From contig CP075495.1 of assembly GCA_021613535.1 (NCBI GenBank), positions 13,888,001 through 13,952,000 on the forward strand: 64,000 bases of DNA, read 5' to 3'. This document shows positions 41,046-55,548 of this stretch, in pieces. The notes under the pieces were generated by a model. The model was not told the origin of the DNA, did not search any database, and saw only the letters and a program-made list of their open reading frames with translations. The stretch is from Adineta vaga (Eukaryota; Animalia; Rotifera). A program made the position numbers and the translations under genes. Each line of letters begins with the position of its first letter. Within the stretch, counting starts at the first letter, position 1.

Positions 41046-41947
41046 CTAAAAGAAATTGTAAGATTTATTTATAATTATTCAAAAAAAGGAAAACATAATA
41101 CTACTCATATTAAATGAGCAAATTCAAGGGCAATCAATCGAGTTTAAGACAAGATGATGATTGTTGTCGACGATGACGTCGCTACTTGTGTCGTGTTGTC
41201 GTTTTTCTTTTCTTTTTTTTCTCTTTTTTTCTTTTCGAAATTTGATTGGATGTGGTTTTTTTTTACTCTTCGAGCTATAAGATACTAATGCATTTTGACA
41301 AGTCAAATGAACATTCATTCTCTAGAAAAAAACCTAAACAATCCGAACAATCGAAATCACTGTCAACAGAATTGAAAGATTTCGCTCAAACGAACAACAA
41401 AGATATTCATATCGGAAAAAACAAAAAACAATTTTTTTGTCTCTCGCTTTTTTGCTAAACGTGTCACAGCTAGTATAAACAAACTAAGTATTATCAACCG
41501 CGAGGTTATGACATACATTCACACAGTAAACCAATCTATCCGATTGATTACGATGATTAGTTAGTGTTGATAGCTATACAAAAACATATCATATATGAAA
41601 GGCATATGTAGAAGCACTATTATAATTCAATCAAATGATCAATCGACTTGAATTTATTGTTTTATTCGGCATTCACTCAAAAAAGTTCTATTTGTACATA
41701 CGCAAAGATGAACATAAACAAAAAGAGAAGAAGAAGAAGAAAAGATTCACAAGCAAAAAAAAGAAAGCGAAGATTGATTTTGTTTATACAATCAACAAAA
41801 GCACAAGCTCAATCAAACATATGAGAATAGTTCTATATGTAAAGATAATAATAGATAGATGATAACAGAATTTGACATATTTATAAAAACACACATGATA
41901 TCAAGCAGAGGGAAAAAAATGGAAAGAAAAGATTCCTATTTTTTGTG

Positions 41948-44900
41948 TTATAATTCTGTTGTTACTGGATGATATGTTGCAGGAAGACCAACAGATGGCG
42001 AAGAACGCTGAGATGTTCGAGGATGAAGATGTGGAATTTGATTAGAAGACGAAAGTTGAATATTTGTTGGTGTCGATTGAACTATCGTTGAAGAAGCATT
42101 TCGAACATTTGATGTGCTTAATGTACGTGTGACAATAACAGGTGCAGGAGAATTTGAAGAATCTAAATAATGTCAAATCGATACACAAATAAATTCAATT
42201 GAATCTTATGTACTTTGATTATTGCTTGAATTTACTGTTGTTGATTCTGTGTAGAAGAAAGTTTCCTGAAAAAAAATAGAAGGACAAATTCAATTATTTC
42301 ATAGACAGGAAAAAAAGAATCGAATTCATGCGTTTCAATAGGTATAAATCTTTCTGTCATGCCACAGCAGAATATGACTCACTTATGAGAATGAATAGAA
42401 TGATTTTTACATGAAGAAACTTTTCTCTTTTTCGCAATTTTTTTTGTTAAATATGATAAATTATCATAATTTGAACAATGATTTTCTTTCGAATTCGAAC
42501 GATAATTCATAATATTATCGTATGATGAATGAGAAATCAAATCAAGGACAAGAGGAAATTTTTCATGTAATGATACTCTATTACTTTGCTATTGAAAAGA
42601 AATTCATATATAAAGTGAAACCTTTTCTATTTCAATCAATCTTAATCATACCTTGACAACATAGGGTGATTGACTATTTGCTAATGTATATCGTGTAGGT
42701 GGACTGTTCACTTTGCCATTTAATGGTGATATAGATGTAGTTAGAGATCTAAAATCGATGAATGAAATTCGATGAAGAGAAAATATAAAATGAATTTTTA
42801 CCCAGTGGATATCGGTTTTTGTGGGGAGATTTGAATTAATAATGGTTGATCATTATTTTCATTGGAGATATCTAAAAAATATGAAATGTTCAAAATATAA
42901 TTCAATCGATAGAAAAAAGTGATTAAAACCTTTGGTAATATTATTATTATTGCTTTCATTCGGAGAGGAAATTGTTTGTTTATGTGAAACTAATGCCGAT
43001 GGTGGTGGTGGTGGTGGTGATGTGTTTTTTTCATCAGCTTTGACTTGTCGAGGAGGAATCGGTGGAGGACGAGGAGGATTAATTCCATTCTTTTTTGATT
43101 CAATATCTAGAGTTCATAAGCAAATATTATTCTTTTTCTGCAAGAGGAAATTTAGAATAATCAATCTCTTCATTATTCAAATACAATAAATGCTGTCAAT
43201 TGCTTTTAATACCATTCTATTGAAAATATTTCGAAAGTTGAGAAGTCCTTTTTTTCTCATAAAATGATTAATGTACCGATTATATTCATAAATCTTTTGA
43301 AAGACAATTGTCATATTTCTTAATCATACAAAGTATTTCCTCGATAAAAATAAGATAAGATCATTTTCAAATAATGAATATATATATATACATATTCATG
43401 AATAGTTGATCGTCAAATCACTAATGGGATTGATATTCTCAAGATACTCATCTAATTTCTGTATTATGATCAATGATAAGATCAAGTTTATCTTGACATA
43501 ACGAAATGATTCTTATAAATAGTTTATTGAATGCAAGATTTCTAAGTACCTTCCGATGTGACATCATTCGTTGAAGCTTGAATAAGATTTTCCAATCGTT
43601 GTGTTGGTGATAGATTTAAAGTTTTCTGTGATGATGAACGTTTATGATTCGTTGTTGATTCAGCATTTTTTCTATTGAAAATAAAAAATAATCAAGTATA
43701 GAACTATAATAAAACGAAAGAAAATTGTTCTTACTCAGGTGATTTTTTTGTTTCATCTAATTTTGTTTCTTGTTCAAATTTCAATTTCTTTAAACGTTCA
43801 TCTTCTTGTTCACGTAGAAGTTCTTGTTCTTGAATTTTCTTTCGTATCGCATATGATGCACGACGAGAAAAACGTTGCGAAGCTTTACGTTCAAAATTCA
43901 TACTTCGACGATTCATATTTCCTAATGTTGCTGCTTGACATTCTGTTCGACCACTGATTATAGACAAAAGAGAGAGAAAAAAATGGTCGTCTTTGTTTTC
44001 TGAAAGATATTTCAAACAAAAAAATATTTACCTAAATCGAAATCTTGAACCTGTACGTGCAAAATTCGATCGTGTACCTTGTTTAACTTTCGCTGCTGAT
44101 GTTGTTCGAAAGAAGATATGATATTCCATAGCACATTTCCAGAAATGTTTACATTGTTTTTCATCATAACAACGAAATAAAAAGACAAAATCACGTTGTA
44201 AAGTTGGATCATTATCATCATCTTCAACAACTACAATTGTTAATTTATTTCGATTGAATTCAATTCGTGTCACTTTAGCCCTGAAGAAAATTGAAAAAGA
44301 AATAGAAATAAAAACATTTACTTGTCTTTTCTTCTTACCAAACAAATAAACCGATTTTGATTTTATTTTCAAAAACAAGAATACCTGTTGGTGTTAAACC
44401 AAGTTTATATTCTAAACCATCTTTACCCATAACTGTATGTAAATCAACACCATACATTTCTAGCCATCGTGCTTTGTTTAAATATTGAACTTCACTATCA
44501 GCTGGTGTTAAACCTCTATTAAAATAAGATACAAAAAGATTTATTATAGAACCAGATATGAAAGATTATATCATACTTGTAGCTTGACCATTTTTTTAAA
44601 AGTTGTTCTTCGAAATCTTCTGTTTGTCTATCACCCGGCAAAAAACGAAATTCCGATATCGTTTCAATTGTATGTTCACTTGGTGTGTAATCACCTAATT
44701 CAGCTAGAACGAAAAAATACAAAAAAAAACGACAATATGATGCATTCTCATTTACATATGTTAATGAATAAATCATTCATTCATTTAAAATCTATGCAAT
44801 TACGTTACCTTGCATAGATAATGCAGCTAATTCAACATCTGGTCCAGATGGACAATCTAATTTGCCTGTTCTAATATCATCTTTAAGTTGTAGTACAAAT

Positions 44901-45800
44901 AAATATCTAAATATAAACAATACAACGATAAATATCAAAGATTTTCATACAATTCTCTTTTGTTCTTCTACCTTGTCAATTCATCGTGAAGATTTTGTGG
45001 ATCGGATGTATAAAATTTGACACGAAATCGAAATGTATACGGTGGTCCGACTGAAAAATCAATATGAAATAAATAAAAAAAAAGTCGATCTTTCTTAAAC
45101 TTACTCTTGGATTGTTTCTTAATAGATTTTGTTGGATCAAGCCATTGCTAAAATATCATGAATAAAAATTACAAAACAAAGTCAAGATTTGTTTCATACT
45201 TTAACATTATGTGTATCGGTAAATTGTAAACCAAAATAATCAGGTTCAATTAATTTTGCATGTGTAATAACTTTATCATATAAACATTTTCCAAGTGCTT
45301 TACGCTAAAAATAAATCCATCAGTATATAATCAAGATTGATGAGATTTCATCTATGGAATATTTAGCATCTACCCACGCCTATATCTTGGAATTCTTTTT
45401 AATCGATTCATTATCACCTAATGATAATGAAGAACAAAATCTTTTCTAAGAGATTCAATAATATCAATGTAAAAATAGACGAATGAAAACAGCTGATATA
45501 TCAATTAAATATGTCTGGTCAGGTCAATTTATTTCAATCTTATCAATTTTAATAGACATTACTTACATCTACTTCGAAATTGACATCTTCACCATCGAGA
45601 AAAACAATCGTACAAACGAGACCATTTTTAATTGGAATTGACTGTTGATGTTTTCCAATTGAATGAATTTTACCATTGGAATTCAATAAATTCGGACGAA
45701 ATTTAGAATTATTGGGATAGATTGTTTCATCATTTAATGTTGTTGCATGATTTTTGGTTTGACGACGGCTGAAAAAACGTATAAATCTAGCCGCTGCCAT
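41948..45800 (-). CDS. EPB41L5: Band 4.1-like FERM protein (yurt / EPB41L5-EPB41L4B group), multi-exon
   Basis: [60 protein letters not shown] domain GSRFRFSGRTE and C-terminal PDZ ligand TTEL*. Confidence 0.9.
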
Positions 45801-46933
45801 AAAATATGTGCCATGTACAGACAGACAGACACGCACAATAGAAATAATGATCTACAATTGAAAAAAAAATGAAAAGTATAAAACAATAGGATGATCAGAG
45901 AGAAAAGTTTCGTAGACGAAGTTCAACGACGCGCGCAACAATGTAAACTAACACATTGTTCATCGGTCAATCATACATGAAGAGAAGAAAAAAGAAATGC
46001 GAGACATTTGTTGTACAGTTAGAAAGAAAGAAAGTGACGACAGAAGAAGACGAAGAAGAAGAAGAAGAAAAATGAGGGAAAGGTGGAGAGAGACAGATGC
46101 CAAGTTAACGAGCCCGAACATATCTTATCAGTAATAAGAAGCTCATTTGATGAAAGAGTATCTGTCATTCTTTTCGTAGAAATATGAATTCATTTTTTTT
46201 CCTCAAGTGTTCAATCAATCGTTTACAATGTCCTTGTTTTAAATAAACTTACGATTATATCGTTGTAAAGTTTATGTCATCGAAAGACAAAACCTTATAC
46301 ACTCGGCTATATACTATTAGACGAGAGTATCTAACTTAATGTGCTAAGCAACCAGAAATGAAGAGAGAAAGAGAATAAGAGAAAGAGAACAACTGCTCTG
46401 GCAAATATCAATCGATCGTTTTCATTTTATTTACCTAAGGAGAAGAGATAAAAGATATATGCAGAAAAAAAAAGAATCAAGATGAATATTCAAACTATGT
46501 TTGTATGATCCACTGTTGATAGATATAGAATAGAATGAAATGAATAACAAAGACTTAAAGAGGACACAAGGGGGAAAAAGTATATGTATACATATATCGA
46601 AATGAACGAACGAACGAACGAACGATGTCGCATTTATTTTTGTCATCTCTTTATTCTTAATGGTCATTCAACTGGTCAAATGATCATTTAGTATTCAGCG
46701 ACATCATTTCAATTTAAAATGTTATTTTTTTAAAAATCTCCTAGTTGTTTTTTATTGATCTTGAAATAAATGAATTCGTCATTACGACGTGTTTTATAAA
46801 CAAAAAAAGCGAGAAACGTACAATAAAAAAAGAGATTAGATAATTAAAAATTATGCTAAGATATCTATACGATGGTAAAAAAACAGATATAGGAAAAAAG
46901 AATATCATTTCATCGCTATGATCATATTGGAAT

Positions 46934-47944
46934 TTAGACTAATGCACGATTAAGATGTGGTTTGTAGTCATCAGATGTTGTGACATATTCAACAAATTTT
47001 TCTTGTGGAACACTAAAAGAGAAAAGAGAATTTATTGCTAAGATTAAAACTTCAGTTAACATACCGGCCACTTCCATCATCGAGTTTGGTCCAGTGTTGT
47101 TCCCATGTTGTTGTAATGGGTTTGGTTGCACCAACTGGAGTTGTTGTTGTTGCTGTTGTTTTTGTTGTATCTTCCCAACTGAAAGAAATATCGTTTTAGA
47201 AAATAATCAGTTAAAAGTTTAAATATGTCATACTTATAAAATCGGTTAAGACGGTTGAAGACTTGTTCACCTTGTTCACGGGTAACATAACCTGAATGGG
47301 AAACGAATATTCTTAATTCTATTCAAATTAGATGTTCTGGTTCATACCTGGTGTTGGATTGTTATGATCCATAACATAGGTTAATCGATCGCGAGGTGTA
47401 ACTGTTGTTGATGTTGATGTTGATGAACCATTTTGATTGATCAATACGTAAGCATTGACGAATTCTATTTGGAATCAAATTATACTAATATGAAAACAAA
47501 ATCAATTTGTTTATTTCTATTTCTTACCTTCGAATGTCAATTTGCCTAAATAAAGAAGACAAAAATTGAGAATTAAAATATTCATTTGAATATAAAACTT
47601 GTCATTTTACCTGAGTTATCACCATCAAAAGCTTTGAAGACACGATCGGAGATTTTTTCCAAATCATGTTCGCTGATGACAGCGGGAACACTGGTACCTG
47701 TTCGTCCACTTGTGTATAATTCTTTGTATAAACGACGGAATTCTTTTTTGTCCATACGGTTATCTTTACCAGTTGTAGCAATAAATTCTTGGTAAAGTTT
47801 TTCAACTGTAGCTCTTGGAATACCTATTTTAATGCGAAAACATCAATAATTCATCAAAAGATGAATTCATCTCTTACCAGTTACATTGCTGAAACGGTCT
47901 AAATCCCATTGGGTGAAGGTTTCTTTTGAATGTGTTTTACCCAT
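46934..47944 (-). CDS. Divergent neuronal-calcium-sensor-like myristoylated EF-hand protein, 7 exons
   Basis: MGKTHSK myristoylation motif, MDKKEFRRLYKEL and EF-hand RVFKAFDGDNSGKLTFEEFV assembled across GT-AG introns. Confidence 0.8.
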
Positions 47945-48015
47945 TGTAAGAAATGTAAATAAATAGAAGATAATTTGAAAATAGCGAAATGTATTCGATG
48001 AATAAAAAACATCAG

Positions 48016-48023
48016 TTTATATA
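48016..48023 (-). promoter_or_regulatory. TATA box candidate for the NCS-like gene
   Basis: TATATAAA on the minus strand about 75 nt upstream of the ATG at 47944. Confidence 0.35.
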
Positions 48024-49474
48024 GGCGTGGAATAAAAGGCAACAGAGGTAACTCGGTGTGTTTTTGTTCCTCCATATTCTAGAATGAAGTAGTCATAGGT
48101 TAGCTGCAAAAGAAAGAAAAAAAGAAATGTGAAATAAGTTAACTAAGTACGAAATCATTTCTTTGTTCGTATAAGTATATTCAGTATTTCGATTCGTTTG
48201 TTATCTAGTCCTTTCACCTCGGCAGATACAGATTCGATATCATCATCGTCCTTATTGTAAAAGACGTAATGGCCACATACATGAAATTCATAACGATAAC
48301 CCTCGAGAAAGTACTATACATATTCGATAAGTAACAGAGGCAAAATTTATTAGATGAAAGTTCTTTTTTCACAATGAATTTCATTTTGTTTTTGAACAAA
48401 TTAATTATCTTCATCAAAATTCAAGAAGTAAAAGAGTTTGATTGACTAATGTTACTTCTAGAAAAAAGTATCGTCGATAAATATTGACCAAAGATAAAAA
48501 AAAAGCGTTAGCAATTCTATGCTCTCATATATGATTAGAAGGGCATTCAGTGAAGAAAACATTTGAAACATACTTGAAAACTATAATCGAAAAAAGAAGT
48601 TTAAAGTACAATATAAGATACAATATAGTCACGTGTTTTTACTACTCGTACCTTAAGTTCTTGTTCTTTCTTTTCGTTTTGTCAGTATAGAATATATTCA
48701 GAATTGATACATTGAATTTAACATTATTCATTTATTTTGGTTTAAAATAGCGTCATATGTTGTTTATATAATCATTGAAAATATAGTGCCTGGATTTTTT
48801 TAAAGAAACAAAAATTTTGTCGATATGTTACAATTGACATTCAACTTGAAAAGTTCATTATTAATATTAGAATTATAATCATCGATGAATAAAATGTCCT
48901 TGACATACAAACTGAGAATTTCGATCGTTTCTTTTCTATTCTTCGTGTGAAAAAACAAAATTGTCCGCGCAATTCATGATTCATCAATAAATCGACATCG
49001 AAAACTTATCAACTGATTTAGGAGTCGATCATCTTAGTCCTTTCAACAAAAAAAAGGTTCAAATAGAAATGCTTTTTTTTCTTTGAATGATTAACATTGA
49101 TAACTAAAGAAAGAAGATTTGACTATTATTATCGATGACTAGACGATCTGATCTCTCACATCAGTTAGTGATTTTTCTTTTTTGTCTAATGTTATATGAA
49201 AATGATAATGTCTCGTTTCTATTTTATTGATCTTCGATGATGATGACGACGTTTTACTTGTACAATCAAAGATGAACTTTGTTCAAGTATATGTCGATAG
49301 ACCTTGAAAATAAGATTAACCACCTGGTAAAAGTAAAAAACTTCGACAGACATGAATATGAACTTGAATTTCAAGGTTTTGAATTTGGATGTATCACCGA
49401 TACTCGAAGAAAGAAAAAATTCGAATGATCTCTATTTTATCTAACTACATGCAAACAGTATTCAAGTTTGAATT

Positions 49475-51058
49475 ATGTGGCTAGTCGTATTATTGATTAT
49501 TCAATATGTTCATGCAATAGCAATTGACAATGAGAATATTTTTCATTATTCCTGTGAAACAGATTTAAATTGTACTTATCTTTTACCTAATTCCATATGT
49601 TTAAATAAGAAATGTGTTCACAAACATGATGAAGTACGTTCCCGTCGAGATTTGAATTATGGTAAAAACAACATAGATGTAGTTCGGTTTCTATTGATTA
49701 AGATTTGAAGAATATTTAGGAATGAAAATGTTAGGTGAAGAATGTGATTGGGCAAAGCAGTGTCAACGAACATCGAATGATGGAACAAAAGTATGTACAG
49801 CACGGAAATGTCAATGCGCAACTGGTTATATACCAATTGATGCTTATCGTTGTATCGCAGATTTTGGTTTGTTTGATTTCTTTTTTCGTTTGTTGTATTG
49901 ATCAAAATTTTCAATTATTCTTTTCCTATATAGCATTATTATTACCACTACCACCACCACCACCATCATCACAAACACAAGTAACAAAATCCTATGAAAA
50001 TGAACCATTAGGATATGGATCAGTATGTTCAATCAGTCGTGATTGTCAACGAATGACTACTTATATGGAATGTATACGTAATACATGTGCTTGTAAAGAA
50101 GGTCATGTACCATTAGGAAAATATTTATGTTTTAATATTCGTGGACAAAGTAAAAAATAAATTTTGATTAATTGAAATTTGTTTTCATTGTTTTTCAAGG
50201 TTCAACGATCATTGAAACTTCATCGATTATACCAATTCAATTGAGTACAACAACAACACCACTACCAACATCATTTTATCCAATAAAGAATGAAGTAATC
50301 AAATCATTAGGTAAACTTGGTAATTCATGTACAAATGATTATTTTTGTCGACGAACTGTTTCACAATCACATTGTTATAATGGTCAATGTACATGTATCG
50401 AAGGTTTTATATCGATTGATCAATATACTTGTATGCAACGTATGAATGATAAATATTTTCTTTTGATTTTTCTCTATAAATATTTTCAATATTAAAACTA
50501 GATTTAGAAGACGAAACAACGACTAAATCAACGCCCATTCTAGTTGATTATAAAAGTTTATTAGGAGGCAAATGTTCAATAAAACGTAATTGTCATACAT
50601 ATAATGCAATTTGTTTAAATTCAATTTGTACATGTCCACAAGGTTATTTTCCTGTGGATGATTGGACATGTTTAGAAGTACCAGGTATGATTCTCGATGA
50701 AAAAATAATTTATGTTTTGTTTCTTTCTTTCTCTTGTTTTCCTATTTTAGAATCATCCGATGAAGAATTAATTGAAACAACATCGATAATTACAAAAATA
50801 ACATCAACTTCAACGATTCCAACAACGACAACTATATTTCGCTGGTGGCCATGGTCACCCACACCTACGACAAATCTTCCATTAAAAAATACATTTCGTG
50901 TTCGTTGTTTACTCAATCGACAATGTGCTAGTATGGATAAAAATTCACTTTGTACATTATTTGGTCGATGTATATGTAAACGAGGTTATCAATTAGAAAC
51001 AACACATAGAGGACAACATTGTATTCCACAGATAATAAATGAACATGATTGTGACTAA
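49475..51058 (+). CDS. Secreted Cys-rich protein with about 6 EB-module-like repeats and Thr/Pro-rich spacers, multi-exon
   Basis: Signal peptide, RSRR furin-like site and repeats LG..C....C......C....C.C..G(F/Y)......C. Confidence 0.85.
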
Positions 51059-51168
51059 GCAAACAAAACATCTCTCTCTTCTTTTCTCTTAACACAACAA
51101 AAAAAATGCAATGTTTATCCTTTTTCTCCCGGTGTATTCATTTATCAGTCTTTTATAGTACACATGAA

Positions 51169-51690
51169 TTATAAACCTTGATATTCGAGTTCAGTTTCAA
51201 TTTGAATTAATAAGCAACATGGACAACACATTGCAGCCATAAAATCCTTGAACAGAGATCCCTTTAAAAGAAAAAGAAAAAAATTCTTTCGATCAATATT
51301 GTTTGTTTTGTTGTATCTTTACTTGTAAACGAAATCCTGTACGAATTTTTGTCCGAAGTCCTAATAAAGAATCCGGCCAACAACACACAAACGGTGTACA
51401 GATCCATTCGCCAGCTCGATTGAATACTTTGTAACAGTAACATGGACAACAGAAATATGCACATAAGCCTTAATTTCGAAGAAAGTCTAAGTTAGTTTTT
51501 CGATGTTTATATCCTCATTACTTACATCCACTTATATTATGAAAACATCCGCAAATATCTCGTTGCCATTCTCCTTCGAAACCCCAGATTTTGTCTCGTA
51601 ATTTTTGTGGTGCTTGTAGTCCAAAACTAGAATAGAATTCATCAAACAAAAAAGAATCTTTTAATCTTAATCTTCTTACCCGTAACTCAT
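51169..51690 (-). CDS. PLAC8/cornifelin family Cys-rich protein, 4 exons; not represented in the ORF track
   Basis: Hand-spliced: MSYGFGLQAPQKLRDKIWGFEGEWQRDICGCFHNISGCLCAYFCCPCYCYKVFNRAGEWICTPFVCCWPDSLLGLRTKIRTGFRLQGSLFKDFMAAMCCPCCLLIQIETELEYQGL*. Confidence 0.92.
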
Positions 51691-52393
51691 GTTTAGTATT
51701 CCTTTACAGATGAAAATGAAAAAGAATAAGTTAACTGTTTTATTTGGAGATGAAATAAAGAAAAATAAAACTTTTCGTTTTCTTTTTCTCTTTTAAAATT
51801 GTAACGTTTTAGAAGACAGAATGAAAACATCCACCCTATTATGTCAACAACAGTAACAACAGTAAACATTTATAAAACATTCGATTGTCAGACATACATG
51901 ACTTTCTCTCTACCAATTTTTCGAATAGTTTATTGAATTAACACACATTTATATATATGTATATTCGATAGTGGGAAATCAACAAAAAGAAAAAGAAAGA
52001 AACAGCTATGACAAAAATGATCAAGATAGAAAAACAGCTATATTATGTAACTTAGATACTTGATAGGTAAAAAATGAAAGAGTCAAACAAAATAGTGTGT
52101 ATTGTATTCTTTTTTTGTTTGTTTGTTTGAACAAAATTTACATGATTCAACGAAAAAAGAAAACGGGTTCGAAAACAATACTAAAATGATTCTTCTTTTA
52201 ATTATTGATAAGATTTGTTGGTATAAAACACCATGTGTTCATTAATATTGATTGAATACAGAAAGATCGATTTCGTGAGAAGAAGGGAGAGAGAGAGACA
52301 AACAAACAGACAGACAAAACAAATAACCACGTGACACAACTGAGCAGACTGTAGAAAGCACTATTGCACACGTACACAAAGAAGAAGAAGAAT

Positions 52394-54009
52394 TTACTTA
52401 AATTTTGGTTCCATCCATTTTTCTTGAACATGTTCAACTTGATATTCTGTATGATAAGGACGTCGTTGTTGTTCAGGTGGGACTTCTTCTGGTGGTTTAA
52501 CACTACGGAAACCAGTTGGTTGCTGCTGCTGTTGCTGCTGCTGGCGACGTTGTTCAAAAATTGATTTTGGCATTTGTGATGTACCTTGAACAGATCCAAG
52601 ATCTTGTTCAAGTATTCGAAACGACCGAGAAATTTTTGCTTCGGATGATTGAGGAATCGATTGCTGCTGAGTATTCATAACAGCTTGATAAGTAGGGGAT
52701 TTTTGATTGTGTTGTTCAGAGTTATACATATTTGATGGTTGAGATGAATTCGGGTTTGCATTTCTATTAAAGAGAAAGTTAATTTAAAAAGAAAAGAATG
52801 AATAAACAATAGGAAATCAAATACCCTTTGATATCATCGATTAAACTGCCTGTTTGTGATTTAAATGCTTCTAAAACTTTATCATCGCTATAAAGTCCAA
52901 TTGGAGAATTATACTGAGCATGATATACAGCTGTACCAACATTACGAGCGGCTCCTTGAGGATTATCGCGATATCCCTTCGGTCGCCAAGTTTCCCGTTC
53001 TAATATGAAAATAGTTTTTCTTTATAAACAAAACTAATCGAATAATTTTCCTATATTTACGAAGTGGATCTTTATTAAAAGCTGTTGATGTTTCAAAACT
53101 GCCTAAAACAAAAAATGACATTCTATAAAAAAAACAGGCCAATACGAAACAAACTTACAAAGTTTTGGACGTAAATGTTCAGGTTCTTCTTGTGTATAAT
53201 CTCCTAAAATAAATAACGAATAAAGTTGTTGCCTTTTCTGTTCAGATTATTTTACCTGGCTGCCAGTTCGTAGGTTTTGCTGCTTGATACGTCATTTCAT
53301 TACCCACTCGAGCATCGAATGGCATTGCTGCTCGATTATGACTACTACCGATATGCATCTGAGACTAAGTGAAAAGAAAAGAGAAGATAGAGATGAAAAT
53401 TAATTCATTAAAATAATTTTACTTGATTTGGTAGAGTAAAATTGGGTTTAACAACTTGTGGTGTTGGCATTTGATGTACAGGGCCTGTTCTTAGTTGAGA
53501 TATGGGTTGTGGATTTGGTATTGATTGGTGATTAACAGCTCCTCTAGAAGTGTAAATATATAAATATGTGAAAGTCGATTTATCTTAATGATTTATGATT
53601 TATACTTGATGACAGTTAAGTCTAGTTCATTTCCTGCTCGAGTTATTTCCATTTTTGCTTCTTGATGACTCAAATGAGTTACATCTCGACCATTAATTGA
53701 GATAACTTGATCACCAGCGTTTAAACCATATGCATGAGCAGGCGTATCCGGATTAACCTTGGTTAGAAAAACAACTCAGTAATAAGAAAAAAAGGTCAAA
53801 ATCATCTCGATGTCTTTTCGATATATATATATACATACCAGCTGGATCGACAATGGGATAGAAAAATCACTACCACCTAAAAAGAAAAGTAATCGATTGA
53901 TTTCAAAATTCAAACATATGGTTTTTTTTCGACTCAAACCTTGAAGACGAAAACCCCATGGTCGATCTGTTGCTTCGCGTTCAAGATGAATTGTCATAGG
54001 TGAATTCAT
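52394..54009 (-). CDS. Zasp/ALP-family PDZ + ZM-motif protein with no LIM domain detected, multi-exon
   Basis: PWGFRLQGGSDFSIPLSI PDZ domain, HAQYNSPIGLYSDD ZM motif and SRSFRILEQ motif. Confidence 0.88.
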
Positions 54010-54648
54010 ATTCAATGAAAAAGAACAAAATACGCTGTGCGATGAAGTGTATAGATATTTATGTGTATATAACTAAGTATCTATCTAAAAATGTTGGTAT
54101 TCAATGTCGTTGACGTTACTTCTTGCTTTAGCAAACAAGCACAAGAATATAAACAACGATGAGGTTTGACATAGATAGACAACGAGCAAACCGAACTAAC
54201 TTTCTGTTAATCCAGCCGATCGACAAAAGAACGGACGAGTTATGTAAAAAGGATTGTGTATATCTTTTCTTTTTTTCTTCTTCGTCTTCTTCTTTTTTTC
54301 CCTTCCGTATCCTTTCACATATAACGAATAATATCAAAAAAAAGAAGAAGAAGAAGAAGAGAAAGCATAGAACAGAAAGAAATAGTAGAAACATATCCTC
54401 TAACCTCCGTCCTATCCATACATATCTGTATATACAAAACAAAGATGAGTGAGTCGATGCTTGAGGAATATGAGAAAAAACATGGACGATAGATCTTGAT
54501 ATCAATTGCTTTTATCCAATCAATTGACAATAAGCAAGAGTTCTTTTCTTTTTCTTTCTTTTCTACCCGATATCGAGTGGCATCTCTATTTATCTCATGA
54601 CATTTATGTTTTGTTGAGAAAAAAAATCATTTATAGTTTAGCATGATA

Positions 54649-55416
54649 TCAATTATCATTGAAATCTTTTATTTCAAAACGAATTAAATCAACTTCAATA
54701 GCTTTTAATGGTGCATTCGTTGCTGTTGAATTCGGACGATTTGAACGTTTCTTTTCTAATTTTGGTATATCAAATTGTAAAACAGCTAGAACATCCATTT
54801 TCATATTCCAATCATTTGCTTTCTTATAAATATGATCACGTGTACTTGTCTTATGTAAACTATAAATAGAATGTCTTGCCAATCGACTTGCATGATGTAA
54901 GAAATGCATATCAATTCCAATTGAACAAAATTCATCTTGTTCTGTTGACGATATTGAAAATGTTTTCGTACCAAATGGTGGATTCATAATGATTGTATCT
55001 GCTTGAATTCGATGTAAATCAACAGGTAAACGAATACGTCGTAAATCTGTTTGAATTAAATCAATTGTTGATTCTAATTCAAATTCTTCGATGTTTGATT
55101 GACATAATTTTAATGCATCCGGATCACAATCGAATCCAAAAATATGTTCAGCATTGAGAAGACAGGAAGCAATTGAAAGCATACCTGTACCAATGCCTAA
55201 ATCGATCAAATGATTACTTTCAATATCTTCATATTGAGTTTGAGCGGTGTAAATCATTCGAGCAGCTAGAATAGAAAAATCAACGAAAGATGTAGAATAA
55301 GTGAATTAGATGTATTTACCAAGATGTGGTGTAGTCATATATTGTTCGAGATGTTCTTTTGCATTGGCAAAATTTGTTACATTACTTAAATGAGACTCTA
55401 ATTCTTTGAGCTTCAT
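54649..55416 (-). CDS. METTL5: 18S rRNA m6A methyltransferase METTL5, 2 exons
   Basis: MKLKELESHL, LEQYMTTPHLAA, DLGIGTGML, IMNPPFGTK, IYSLHKTSTRDHI, IEVDLIRF. Confidence 0.93.
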
Positions 55417-55501
55417 TTTTCTATGAAATAGAAAAGAAAAATATTTGAAATTCTTGGCCATATTCTCACATGCGGAGATTGTAACATTTATTTATTAGAA
55501 C

Positions 55502-55532
55502 AGAAAAGAAAAGAAAAGAAAAGAAAAGAAAA
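55502..55532. repeat. (GAAAA)n pentamer repeat between REV1 and METTL5 (U-rich on the transcribed strand)
   Basis: Direct reading of the sequence. Confidence 0.9.
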
Positions 55533-55548
55533 CTATAGTTTATTTAAT

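Noticed and set aside
48083-48328. Exon-like plus-strand frame (VLSPRQIQIRYHHRPYCKRRNGHIHEIH...)
   Set aside because: No in-frame start exon could be built, and it lies in the promoter region of the divergent NCS-like gene.
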